This document shows positions 25,001-31,757 of a stretch of 38,534 nt of DNA, piece by piece (position 1 is the stretch's first letter; each line of letters opens with the position of its first letter). Location: positions 1 through 38,534 of the IMG/VR virus record IMGVR_UViG_3300020156_000059; one strand, written 5' to 3'. Both the position numbers and the translations under genes were made by a program. Source of the DNA: a virus. Taxonomy: Duplodnaviria > Caudoviricetes. Under the pieces are notes generated by a model, which ran no database searches, was not told the origin of the DNA, and worked only from the letters and a program-made list of their open reading frames with translations.

Positions 25001-27712
25001 GTGCGCCGGGCGGACATCCTCAACAATGAGGTGCGCGCCCTCGCGCGGCAGGCGGGGCGCGAAGACGGAACTTGGACCCGTGCCGCCCTGGAGATGTGGG
25101 CTCAGCATCAGGTCGCGGGCACGGCCGTCGAGGACGTCCGGTCGTCCGTATACCTGCGCACCGAGCGCAGGGCTGGCTTGGATGCCCAGCGGGCGCTCCT
25201 CAAGGGGGACAAGACGAAGGCGCTGGAGCACAAGTTCAAGCAGCTCCTGAACCTTCATCTCTACCGCGCGGCCAAGGCTGCGGAGGGCGACGTTGCCACC
25301 GCGTTCAAGCTGATGAGCCGACTGGCTTCCAAGCAGACCCTGGCGACGATGGAGCAATCCTATCTAGATCAGATCCACGGTCTGCTCGAACGCCTGGACT
25401 TCCGCACTCGCACTAAGAAGGCGCTTGCCGAACGGGAGGCGCTCGCGAAGTGGGTTGCCGATCAGCAGGCGGCCGGAAACACGGTGGTCGTGGCGCCGGA
25501 ACTGCTCGCCGATGCCCAGCTGAAGCACTACACCAAGCTCACGGTGGAAGAGGTTCGCGGGCTCTACGACACCATCCGGAGCATCGCGCACCTGGGCCGC
25601 GAACAGAAACGGCTCCTAGTCGCCGGCGAGCAGGCCGCGCTTGATGCGGTCCTGACGGAAATGGAGAACCGTGCCGACGCGCTGCCCAGCCGGCCGCTGA
25701 CGAACAAGGTGATCCTGGAGAAGCGCGGCCTCGCTGAGGCCGACGCCATGCTCCTCAAGATGGAAGAGATGGCGGACTGGCTGGATGCTGAAGACCCGAA
25801 CGGCGTCTTCAACAAGGTCCTGGTCCGTGGCGCGACCGACGCCGCCAATCGGTTCGACGTTCTACGGAACAAGGTCGTCGAAGAGCTGCGCAAGCAATAC
25901 GACGGCATCTCGAAAGAGGACCGCAAGCGCTGGCGTCAGAAGGTCGTCGTGCCCGAGCTCATCAACGTCCACACCGGCGAGCCAATGGACTTCACGCGCG
26001 CGGACCTGGTCGCGGTGGCCCTGAACGCCGGCAACGAGGGCAACCTCGACAAGCTGGCGCGCGGCTACAACTGGCTCCCTGACGCGGTGCTGAAGGTGCT
26101 GAACCGTGAGCTGACCGCCAGCGACTGGCAGTTCGTTCAGGGGGTTTGGGACACCCTGGAAACGCTCTGGCCCGAGATCGCTGAGACCGAACGCCGGCTG
26201 AGCGGCGTTGCGCCCGAGCGCGTCGAACCGATGGAGCTGGACACGCCGCACGGCAAGTTCCGGGGCGGCTACTACCCCGTCGTCTATGACCCTCTCCGCT
26301 CCCAGAAGGCGAACGAGAACGCCGCCAAGGAAGCCGAGAGCATGTTCGGCTACATCACGCACGTCGCCACGCCCAAGGGCCACACGAAGGAGCGGACGGA
26401 CTTCGCGGCTCCGATCCTGCTAGACCTGGAGGCGGTGCTCTCCGGGCACATCAACAAGGTCATCAAGCGGATCGCCTACGGCGAGTTCGCGCTCTCGGCC
26501 ATGCGCTTTATCCGCAACAAGCGGGTGCGCGACGTCATCGTCTCGAAGCTGGGTCCGGAATACTACGATCAGTTCCCCAAGTGGCTTACCCGGCAAGTCA
26601 ACGACTCCCTGGTCGATCTGCGCGGAGCCGCCTGGTTCTCGCGCTTCATCCGGAAGGCGCGCACGAACGCGACCATCGTGGCGATGGGCTTCCGGGTCAC
26701 GACTGGTCTGGCTCAGACTGCGGGCCTCGCCTCGTCGGCGGGCGTCATCGGCGCCAAATGGGTCGGGGTCGGCTCTGCCGAGCTGGCCCGTTTGCGGGGC
26801 GATGCGGATGGGTTTGTCTTCTCGCGCTCGCAGGAGCTGGCCAACCGCCGCGAGCAGCTGAACGTGGACGTTCGCGATGCGCTCCGCTCGCTGCAGGGCC
26901 GCGACGATCCGTTTGCGAAGATGCAGCGGGCCGCGTTCTGGCACATCGGCTGGATTGATATGTATGCGGTGGCCATGCCCACCTGGCTCGGGGGCTATCG
27001 CAAGGCGCTGTCGCAGGGAATGGAAGAGCGGGACGCCGTAGCCTTCGCCGACAAGGCGGTGCGGGCCTCGCAGGGCTCCGGTCGCGCCAAGGATCTCGCG
27101 GCCTTCCAGGATCAGAGCAACGAGCTGACGAAGCTCTATGCGATGTTCTACAGCTACTTCAACGTCCAGTATCAGCGGCAGCGCACCGTCGCTCGAAGCG
27201 TCGTCCGGATTGGCCGTGGCCAAGGCAAGCGGCCTGATTTCGAGCGGGTGTTCGCTCAGACGTTCTGGGTGCTCATGGTCGGGCCAGTGTTGGGCGCCGC
27301 TCTCACTGGCGACTGGCCGGAGGAGGACGAGAGCATCATCGAATGGATGTTCCGGAAGATGTTCTGGAACCTGTTTGCCGGTGTCCCGATCATTCGGGAC
27401 GCAGCTGGGTTCACTGAGCGCCAGCTCGTCGGCAAGTTCGCCACCTTCGGGCAGACGCCCATCAACCGTGCCTTCGAGGCCGGTGAGGCGGTGGTGCGCG
27501 ACGTCTTGAAGCTGGTGGAGGGCGAAGAGGCTGACAAAGCCCCGAAGCACACCATCGAGGCCGGCGGCTATGTGCTGGGCTATCCTGGCGGTCAACTAGG
27601 CGTGACAACCCAATACCTCTGGGACATCATGGACGGGGACCAACAGCCGGAGACGCCGCTCGAGTTCCTGCACGGCGTCATCAAGGGCCCGCAGGACTAT
27701 CAGGAGGGCTAG
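19046..27712 (+). CDS. Giant polyvalent ejection protein (2888 aa): LPD23-like, zincin, PBECR-like, ART-like, GNAT, second zincin
   Basis: TGWRRGDDGQWRYEI; LLHEIQH; AVRHIKAGHG..EEKRGQ; WFAGSKVVD..YHGT..YFT; SRIEVP..RGEGMG..FYKRFGF; STLLHEASH. Confidence 0.87.
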   Translation: MPQFDPLDELDRIETQEAALNLGNARSLTDPEKAAFAIRAGHQLGLPMETVLRETPAVQRILAQEEAAAALSSAPRTRSWLGDPDNAAVAQDQVTPLTQLERGIRDIFKAPADRAFISGAVGSVGQGVGGIGELGQALDRTQRRARGLNPIRPGSDFGIRSIGPWQGNQPEAEHDFFGIRIKKGDQVFDALWNAVANLPTLFRAADEAGEAVEASAQRIGPSPEERNLWTDINSALGQVLVQVAMTKGMGAPTAGAMMAGQGAEDMADRAEAVGMGNTAEADAAMVVNATSNAILERLGIGRLLDRVPPAGRRQLLRAVQDVAIAATVEGTTEATQAVASNLIERALLNPDAPILQGVVDEGLAGGGAGGILRAVILAAVPGRTFAARSAMAGEAQAKADALRDVAEQVSSSPLVKRAPERLEQLMNTIADGGEVFVPASAVRTFLQDLPEDRQQELIEFWGIEDQLEPALTADADVVMPAGTYLARVATSEAHEAFADHVRFGIDDMSVAEARAFEEEKSALIAEEGERLLRQAQDEEAAEGPSTRVYRDLFRQAREAGFTIDVAKRYAAVLAARYETRGARLGVDAWDAYQRTGLVIKQAVPEQLRRRVDRLDVIVDALRAGRRPDQKRGPSLLEFIARQGGINDEGGELAARDADKWHKGKPGRRKIVRQDGRTMGDMAVAAWEAGYFPEAVENPSGPELLEAIEGELRGSARFAVPTDERRAEVAQAVDQLDELLATLGIDPDRASNEEIKQAIQAYSDQPEGRSFEQFAGRRSFTADRAKLARAEEMEAAGELPGIIEDFTGWRRGDDGQWRYEITDEDAALREDGWAELERRAGDDGPKGTVHLGEVISHDRLFAAYPKLRAYPIRVMAFKSRGTHAAWGDGEIALAKRLVESGDREKALSSLLHEIQHVIQSDEGFALGAPSSVSAMRESTYADALQEEIARLEDLGFDGEREMVEMTAARNVYHRSAGEIEARNTQARRKMTEAQRGDLPGDYTRDVPRAEAVVRLRLQRDRVGELLTIPAEHTALGPDEPSPEQIEAVLEAADQPGHSYAKATLGPVPGWLVEAAREAGVELEGYHASIDTPAVRHIKAGHGNAKSEEKRGQEAVTPADFHAIPDIVAAPDRVVLGAKTKRNQDIVVFGKDIGNGTTVFLAEVRTGRRELASLSMWKSRTPTNAIRLAATIRRYVRDAGATDLKIVEAPPHAKAQAFERWFAGSKVVDARGRPLVMYHGTSRDFDAFSIAEGDGAYFTSAADYAEEYANVRAAAAVPQSMDETQPVGARLMPVHLALKNPLEVDPADREALERYTDRGFDRRELIAKGYDGIVVRYPDGEVEAQAFFPEQVKSTFNRGTYDGSDPRILYQAAANGSPGLLDEFSGEATVMRPDVRLDDRSAADVSAATDAEQQALAVSLAPNLGELAHLAADIGGIDPDEAVRVGEANAGPALASALRAISERVGNGQSLNEAVEGYAAAARALSERKQDPITLRLEHLTRAALAEAVGPRLRQVDAPALRFDQSSLRPAGEFSQRLSAAVTAKYPDVQLTLTDNGRIATLSRIEVPDAARGEGMGSDIMAMLTQAADDAGVALALTPSGAFGGNVRRLRAFYKRFGFVENKGRNRAFTISEAMYRPAPGTVYQQSARGDVTFTAGRAVIQLFQGRDLSTLLHEASHVWLEELAFDAADPAASIQVRRDFQAVLNWFGVSSWSEVTTEHHERWARAGEAYFMEGRAPRADLQEHFQRFKAWLVRIYRTVLNLNVELNDDVRGIFDRLLASETEIAAAKEAQALRPFFASAQDAGMTDAEYAAYQRAVEDADRRATERLAAKAMNDVRRRRTKEWRVEWEALREEVASELESTPEHRAWAMLETRAISVSRKDVVDLFGTEAVVERLPRGVPPYFVNSGGAHPDYLADAAGFPSATAAIEAVMSMEQERREMRASGDNRNIRAARIDAETDRRMVDRHGEMLSDGSIEEEALAEVNDVRRADILNNEVRALARQAGREDGTWTRAALEMWAQHQVAGTAVEDVRSSVYLRTERRAGLDAQRALLKGDKTKALEHKFKQLLNLHLYRAAKAAEGDVATAFKLMSRLASKQTLATMEQSYLDQIHGLLERLDFRTRTKKALAEREALAKWVADQQAAGNTVVVAPELLADAQLKHYTKLTVEEVRGLYDTIRSIAHLGREQKRLLVAGEQAALDAVLTEMENRADALPSRPLTNKVILEKRGLAEADAMLLKMEEMADWLDAEDPNGVFNKVLVRGATDAANRFDVLRNKVVEELRKQYDGISKEDRKRWRQKVVVPELINVHTGEPMDFTRADLVAVALNAGNEGNLDKLARGYNWLPDAVLKVLNRELTASDWQFVQGVWDTLETLWPEIAETERRLSGVAPERVEPMELDTPHGKFRGGYYPVVYDPLRSQKANENAAKEAESMFGYITHVATPKGHTKERTDFAAPILLDLEAVLSGHINKVIKRIAYGEFALSAMRFIRNKRVRDVIVSKLGPEYYDQFPKWLTRQVNDSLVDLRGAAWFSRFIRKARTNATIVAMGFRVTTGLAQTAGLASSAGVIGAKWVGVGSAELARLRGDADGFVFSRSQELANRREQLNVDVRDALRSLQGRDDPFAKMQRAAFWHIGWIDMYAVAMPTWLGGYRKALSQGMEERDAVAFADKAVRASQGSGRAKDLAAFQDQSNELTKLYAMFYSYFNVQYQRQRTVARSVVRIGRGQGKRPDFERVFAQTFWVLMVGPVLGAALTGDWPEEDESIIEWMFRKMFWNLFAGVPIIRDAAGFTERQLVGKFATFGQTPINRAFEAGEAVVRDVLKLVEGEEADKAPKHTIEAGGYVLGYPGGQLGVTTQYLWDIMDGDQQPETPLEFLHGVIKGPQDYQEG

Positions 27713-28014
27713 CGGCCGGGCTCCAGCTGTAGCTGGGGCTCGCCTTGGTAGCGGGGACGGGAGCCGTCACGGTTCATTCGGTCCCACTCCAGCTCCTTCA
27801 CCCTGCTTTCCAGGGCATCCAGCCGGGCGTCGTTCTCCTGCGCGGTCTTGTTGGCGCGCGCGGCAGTCTCGAAGGCTGTCTGCGCGCGGCGGTCGACCAC
27901 ATCGACGGCATCGGCCGCCACCTCCGCCTTCATGGCGGCCTCATGGTCGACGGTCGCCGGCCGATCGCAGGCGGTCAGGGCGGCAAAGGCCGCGAGGACG
28001 AGAAGTGCGCGCAT
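27709..28014 (-). CDS. Antisense lipoprotein (101 aa), possible superinfection-exclusion moron
   Basis: GGAGG RBS before ATG 28014; MRALLVLAAFAALTA-C lipobox; coiled-coil body. Confidence 0.8.
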   Translation of the reverse strand: MRALLVLAAFAALTACDRPATVDHEAAMKAEVAADAVDVVDRRAQTAFETAARANKTAQENDARLDALESRVKELEWDRMNRDGSRPRYQGEPQLQLEPGR

Positions 28015-28071
28015 CGGTTCCTCCGGGCGCATGGGTAGCACAGCCTGAGCGGGTGGAAACACTGGCACGCT

Positions 28072-28091
28072 GAGCGAAGTATCGGATCATC
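28072..28091 (+). promoter_or_regulatory. Conserved 20-bp late-gene element, copy 3
   Basis: Identical 20-mer upstream of the lysis cassette. Confidence 0.8.
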
Positions 28092-28118
28092 TGGCCACGT
28101 CCGTCGGAGTGGCCCTTG

Positions 28119-28550
28119 ATGCCTGACAGTCAGGAAGCCCTGCTGCGACAACTGCTCGCCGGTCAGGCAGCAACGCAGGAGCGCCTCGATCACCTGGCCC
28201 GCCAGACCGAGGCCGCGCAAACGGACGCCCGTGAAGCGCGTGATCTTGGCCAGCGTATAACGACCATCTTGGAAGAGCAGAACATCAAAGCTCGGCTCGA
28301 AGAGATGCGGACGGAGCAGCGCCAAGGGCTCGCAGAGCTGAGGCAAGACGTGGTCGCTGCGAACACCAACCTCAAACGCGAAATCGCTGATCTGGATGGC
28401 CGCGTGCGTAAGCTGGAGGATGTTCAACAACAGCACGTCGGCGTCAAAGCCGTAGCTGGTTGGCTGGCGAAGCACGCACCCTGGATCTTCACCGCCTTCG
28501 TTTCGTTCGCCGCCGGCATCGGCCTCAAGAATGGCGGAGCCGCCGGATGA
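28119..28550 (+). CDS. Coiled-coil protein with C-terminal TM segment (holin/antiholin-like)
   Basis: GGAG 9 nt before ATG; Q/E/R-rich heptads, then WIFTAFVSFAAGIGL; first lysis-block gene. Confidence 0.7.
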   Translation: MPDSQEALLRQLLAGQAATQERLDHLARQTEAAQTDAREARDLGQRITTILEEQNIKARLEEMRTEQRQGLAELRQDVVAANTNLKREIADLDGRVRKLEDVQQQHVGVKAVAGWLAKHAPWIFTAFVSFAAGIGLKNGGAAG

Positions 28551-29053
28551 TGTGGCTTTGGTTCATCGTGCCGGCTGTCGCCGTGCTGGCGCTGCTGATC
28601 GGCGGTGCGCTGCTCTGGCGCCTAAAGCTCGGGACGGCGGCGCAATGGAAGTCGGCGGCCGATGCCGCACGCGATTGGGCGGCGGTCCTCTATACGCCCA
28701 TCCTGACGGTCTATGCGGTCTGGGTGACGGCTGTGGTCGTGTGGTTCCCTTGGACCGAGGCCACGGAAGAGCAGCGCATTACCATCCTGGGCGCGGCTCT
28801 TATCGGCTCTCTGGTGCTGATCGGTCTCGGCACGCTCTTCTATCAGCGCCGCTCCGCCACCGTTCGCGGGAAGACCGCGGCCGGCGAGTTCGAGGTCACG
28901 AGCAGCGACGGGCAACTGGCCGGGAACATCAATCCCGCCACCGGCGCCGTAGCGGCGGCGGCTGGCTCTGCCGCTGCTGGCCCGACAGTGACGGCCAGCA
29001 CGACCCCGCCAGCGACTGCCATCCCTGAAGCCCCGCCTTGGGAGCGCAAATAA
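28547..29053 (+). CDS. Three-TM membrane protein, probable holin (168 aa)
   Basis: ATGA overlap at 28547; three hydrophobic segments; TAATG coupling to the endolysin. Confidence 0.7.
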   Translation: MMWLWFIVPAVAVLALLIGGALLWRLKLGTAAQWKSAADAARDWAAVLYTPILTVYAVWVTAVVVWFPWTEATEEQRITILGAALIGSLVLIGLGTLFYQRRSATVRGKTAAGEFEVTSSDGQLAGNINPATGAVAAAAGSAAAGPTVTASTTPPATAIPEAPPWERK

Positions 29054-29685
29054 TGACTGTCCCCCTCCTCCGTGAGAAGCTGCGGGAGGCCCTCGCCCTG
29101 GCCGACGCTCTGCCGTCCGCGCCGGTCGCTGCGGTGGTCATCCCGCCGGTCGAGAAGCAGCCCACCGCCGCCGCACCACTGGCGTGGGGCGCGAAGGTCT
29201 CGCCGCTGTTCCGTGAGCGGGTCCGGCTGACCGGTGCGGACTTCGGCTTCGATCCCAACTGGCTGATGGCCTGCATGGCGTTCGAGACCGGCCGCACGTT
29301 CTCGCCGTCGAAGAAAAACCCCAGGTCGACCGCCACCGGCCTCATCCAGTTCATGGCCGCGACGGCGAAGGGCCTGGGGACGACGACGGCGAAGCTTGCC
29401 GCCATGACGGCCGAGAAGCAGCTGGACTACGTGTGGCTCTACTTCCGGGACCGGATCAAGGAGCGCGGGCCCATCACGCGCCTGTCCGACTGCTACATGG
29501 CCATCCTCAACCCGGTGGCGATGGGGAAGCCGGACAGCTTCGTCATGTGGGTGAAGGGCTCTGCGGCCTACGCCGTCAACGCGGGCCTGGACAGCGACAA
29601 GGATCACCAGATTACCAAGGCGGAAGCGGCGGCGAAGGTCCACGCCCTGCTCGCTGAAGGTCTCCTTCCGGAGAATGTCGCGTGA
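29053..29685 (+). CDS. Endolysin, lytic-transglycosylase/lysozyme-like fold
   Basis: LMACMAFET, ATGLIQFM..TA, QLDYV..YF, N.GLD.DKD..IT motifs. Confidence 0.88.
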   Translation: MTVPLLREKLREALALADALPSAPVAAVVIPPVEKQPTAAAPLAWGAKVSPLFRERVRLTGADFGFDPNWLMACMAFETGRTFSPSKKNPRSTATGLIQFMAATAKGLGTTTAKLAAMTAEKQLDYVWLYFRDRIKERGPITRLSDCYMAILNPVAMGKPDSFVMWVKGSAAYAVNAGLDSDKDHQITKAEAAAKVHALLAEGLLPENVA

Positions 29686-30101
29686 GCCTCCTGACCCTGC
29701 CGGCGGTCGCGGCCGCCAAGTCGTTCGTGGGCGCCTGGTGGAAGGCCGCTCTCGGGGCGCTGGTCGTCTTCCCCTTCGCCTTCCTGCTCGGACAGTGCAG
29801 CGGCGCCGAAAGGCAGCGCGAGCACGAGAAGGCCGATCGCGCCATCGCACTTGCCGAAGCTGTGAAGCAGGGCGCGGCGGCCTCCAACACCTCTGCGGAG
29901 CGATCCGTGGTGGACGCGGCCGAAGTGGCCGATCTCAAGAAGGAGCTGACTGATGCGGTCGCTGATCTCCCGGACTCTGTGCCTGATGCTCACGGCGTCG
30001 CTCTTGGCTGCGCAAGGCTGCGGAACGCCGGGGAGGACGTTTCAAAACTTCCCGCGTGCGGAGGACGTGAAGCGGGAGGACAAGCCCAAGCCGAGCCCTG
30101 A
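29682..30101 (+). CDS. Rz: Inner-membrane spanin
   Basis: N-terminal TM followed by Ala-rich coiled coil with C-terminal Cys residues; follows the endolysin. Confidence 0.75.
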   Translation: MSLLTLPAVAAAKSFVGAWWKAALGALVVFPFAFLLGQCSGAERQREHEKADRAIALAEAVKQGAAASNTSAERSVVDAAEVADLKKELTDAVADLPDSVPDAHGVALGCARLRNAGEDVSKLPACGGREAGGQAQAEP

Positions 30102-30258
30102 CATCGTCACCTCGGCCGAAGCACGGGCGAACTACGAGATCGAGCTCGAGGCTTGGGCCGAGCGCCGCGACCGCGCGCTCGGGCGGGTGTGCCGGTGGGC
30201 GTTGGATCTTGGCGCTCCATACCCGAAGGATTGGTGTCGTCCCCCTGATCCTGGCTGA
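29953..30258 (+). CDS. Rz1: Outer-membrane lipoprotein spanin (overlapped type)
   Basis: AAGGAG RBS; LLAAQG-C lipobox; Pro-rich mature part; overlaps the Rz 3' end in another frame. Confidence 0.75.
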   Translation: MRSLISRTLCLMLTASLLAAQGCGTPGRTFQNFPRAEDVKREDKPKPSPDIVTSAEARANYEIELEAWAERRDRALGRVCRWALDLGAPYPKDWCRPPDPG

Positions 30259-30367
30259 CGTTTCGGCGCCATCCCCAAGCCCTTGCCAGACAAGGCGCTG
30301 CGCCCGTAGCAGGCCGAAAATCGGCCCATTGGGCGCCAACGACCATTAGGCTTCATTGCCGTCCATT

Positions 30368-30394
30368 AGCGCCCTCGGTTCCACCGGGGGCGCT
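30368..30394. terminator. Hairpin between convergent transcription units
   Basis: AGCGCCCTCGGT-TCC-ACCGGGGGCGCT between the spanin and minus-strand genes. Confidence 0.6.
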
Positions 30395-30405
30395 CTGCTG
30401 TCCGC

Positions 30406-30591
30406 TTACTCGAAGGGCTCGCCTCGCGTATGGGTCGCGGCGACCGCTCGCGTCTCCAGGGCGTCCGCTATGGCCCGAAGCAGGTAAGCTTCTTCGAGCA
30501 CAGCTTCAGGGCTGCTGCAGCCGGCTGCAATCTCCGCCGCCTTCATCTCGACGGCCTGGTCGAAGGCATCCTGTTCCTCGGGCGTGCGCAT
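30406..30591 (-). CDS. Hypothetical protein (61 aa)
   Basis: Acidic helical ORF just downstream of the 88-aa gene. Confidence 0.6.
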   Translation of the reverse strand: MRTPEEQDAFDQAVEMKAAEIAAGCSSPEAVLEEAYLLRAIADALETRAVAATHTRGEPFE

Positions 30592-30605
30592 GGTTGCAAG
30601 CCTGC

Positions 30606-30872
30606 CTAGTTGATAGCCGGACGTCCAGCTTGCATCGCCGCCATGACTTCGCGCGCACCCTTGATCCCTTGCGCTTCGAGCAGCTCGGCGCTGTGCGCCT
30701 CAATCTCAACAAGCGCGGCGGGTCCATCCGTTTCGATGCAGGCGGACGCAATGACGTTGTAGAGGTCGCGCCATGCCTCTTGCTGGCTGAACCCTTTGGC
30801 CGTGAGGACCGAGAACAGCTCCTCCAGGTCTTCCATCAGGCCGATCATCTCCGGGTTGGTCACGTCACTCAT
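30606..30872 (-). CDS. Hypothetical protein (88 aa)
   Basis: AGGAGG RBS; acidic helical composition. Confidence 0.7.
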   Translation of the reverse strand: MSDVTNPEMIGLMEDLEELFSVLTAKGFSQQEAWRDLYNVIASACIETDGPAALVEIEAHSAELLEAQGIKGAREVMAAMQAGRPAIN

Positions 30873-30942
30873 GGCTTCCTCCTGGCCGCAGCTTCTCAGG
30901 AAACGCGGGTCTCCGCGGCGCGTCGTTTCGTCGCCGCCTCTT

Positions 30943-30957
30943 GTTCACGCCCTGTTC
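30943..30957 (+). promoter_or_regulatory. Alphaproteobacterial LexA (SOS) box
   Basis: (T)GTTC-ACGCCCT-GTTC(T) matches GTTC-N7-GTTC, in a divergent intergenic region. Confidence 0.75.
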
Positions 30958-30990
30958 TCGCCCGCGGGTGAACGGTGGTATGGTGAAGGC

Positions 30991-31476
30991 ATGAGCGATT
31001 CACGACCGCTGGTCCTTCGGGACATCCCCGCGATCCAAGAACTCGAAGCGCTGGCGCGCAAAATCCACGAGCACCCCTATCCAGATTGGTCGCCACACCG
31101 TGACGGGTGGCCGGCGCTCGTCGAGAAGACCACGAGAGCAGTCTTCGGCGTGACCGTCTCCGATCTCGACGACCTAGTCGACGAGGCGGAAGAGGGTGAA
31201 GATGTCGAGACGTTCAGCGATGGAGAGTGGGACGCCTTGAGGGGCTATGTCGAGCTTCCTCTCGCGGCCTGGGCGCTCTTCTCGGTCGATGTGCTCGATG
31301 CTGACGGGAAGCCGCTGCTGTGCCTGCCTGCGCTGCAGGGCCCTCTTCTGGCCAGCTTGGAGGGCATCGGCGGGCAGGCGCCCGAAGTCGACGCCCGGCC
31401 AGCCGGCGAGCTGGAGTCGTGGGAGGCGGCGCTCGCGAACGCGGCGGCTCAATTCAAGGCGCGGAAGGCGGCTTAG
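30991..31476 (+). CDS. Hypothetical acidic protein (161 aa), probably leaderless
   Basis: ATG 6 nt after an extended -10 (TGGTATGGT); MSDSRPLVLRD start. Confidence 0.7.
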   Translation: MSDSRPLVLRDIPAIQELEALARKIHEHPYPDWSPHRDGWPALVEKTTRAVFGVTVSDLDDLVDEAEEGEDVETFSDGEWDALRGYVELPLAAWALFSVDVLDADGKPLLCLPALQGPLLASLEGIGGQAPEVDARPAGELESWEAALANAAAQFKARKAA

Positions 31477-31757
31477 ATCTCCGGGTTCTCAAACTCCCGC
31501 ACCGTCTCCGGGTCGCGGAACTCTCGAACGACCGCCTCAAGCCAGCCGGCGATCTGCGTGGGGTGGACGCCCATGAGCTTGAACTCGGTCGCGATGTCTC
31601 GGAAGAGCGCATACATCATCACCTCGCGCGCTTCGCCGCTGGCGTTCGACAGCCTGCCCACCGTCTGGACCAGGTCGACGGCTGGTTCCCAGACCTCCTT
31701 CTCATAACGCGGCGTCGCGCTGCGGCCCCACGGACCGATGATGACGTCGCCGCTCAT
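31473..31757 (-). CDS. Hypothetical protein (94 aa)
   Basis: ATGA coupling to the upstream gene; normal composition. Confidence 0.7.
   Translation of the reverse strand: MSGDVIIGPWGRSATPRYEKEVWEPAVDLVQTVGRLSNASGEAREVMMYALFRDIATEFKLMGVHPTQIAGWLEAVVREFRDPETVREFENPEI

Noticed and set aside
22253-25357. 1034-aa minus-strand ORF (and similar long antisense ORFs at 7103-8344, 8311-9441, 10989-12284, 19916-21235, 26420-27595)
   Set aside because: They lie opposite well-supported genes and lack motifs; long shadow ORFs are expected from high-GC codon bias.
4039-28091. The 20-bp repeats as CRISPR repeats, att sites or invertase sites
   Set aside because: Three copies are kilobases apart in direct orientation with no spacer array; the att core is elsewhere; their placement fits gene regulation.
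30255-30330. Hammerhead ribozyme (CTGA and GAAA words present)
   Set aside because: No CUGANGA core in the correct stem context on either strand.
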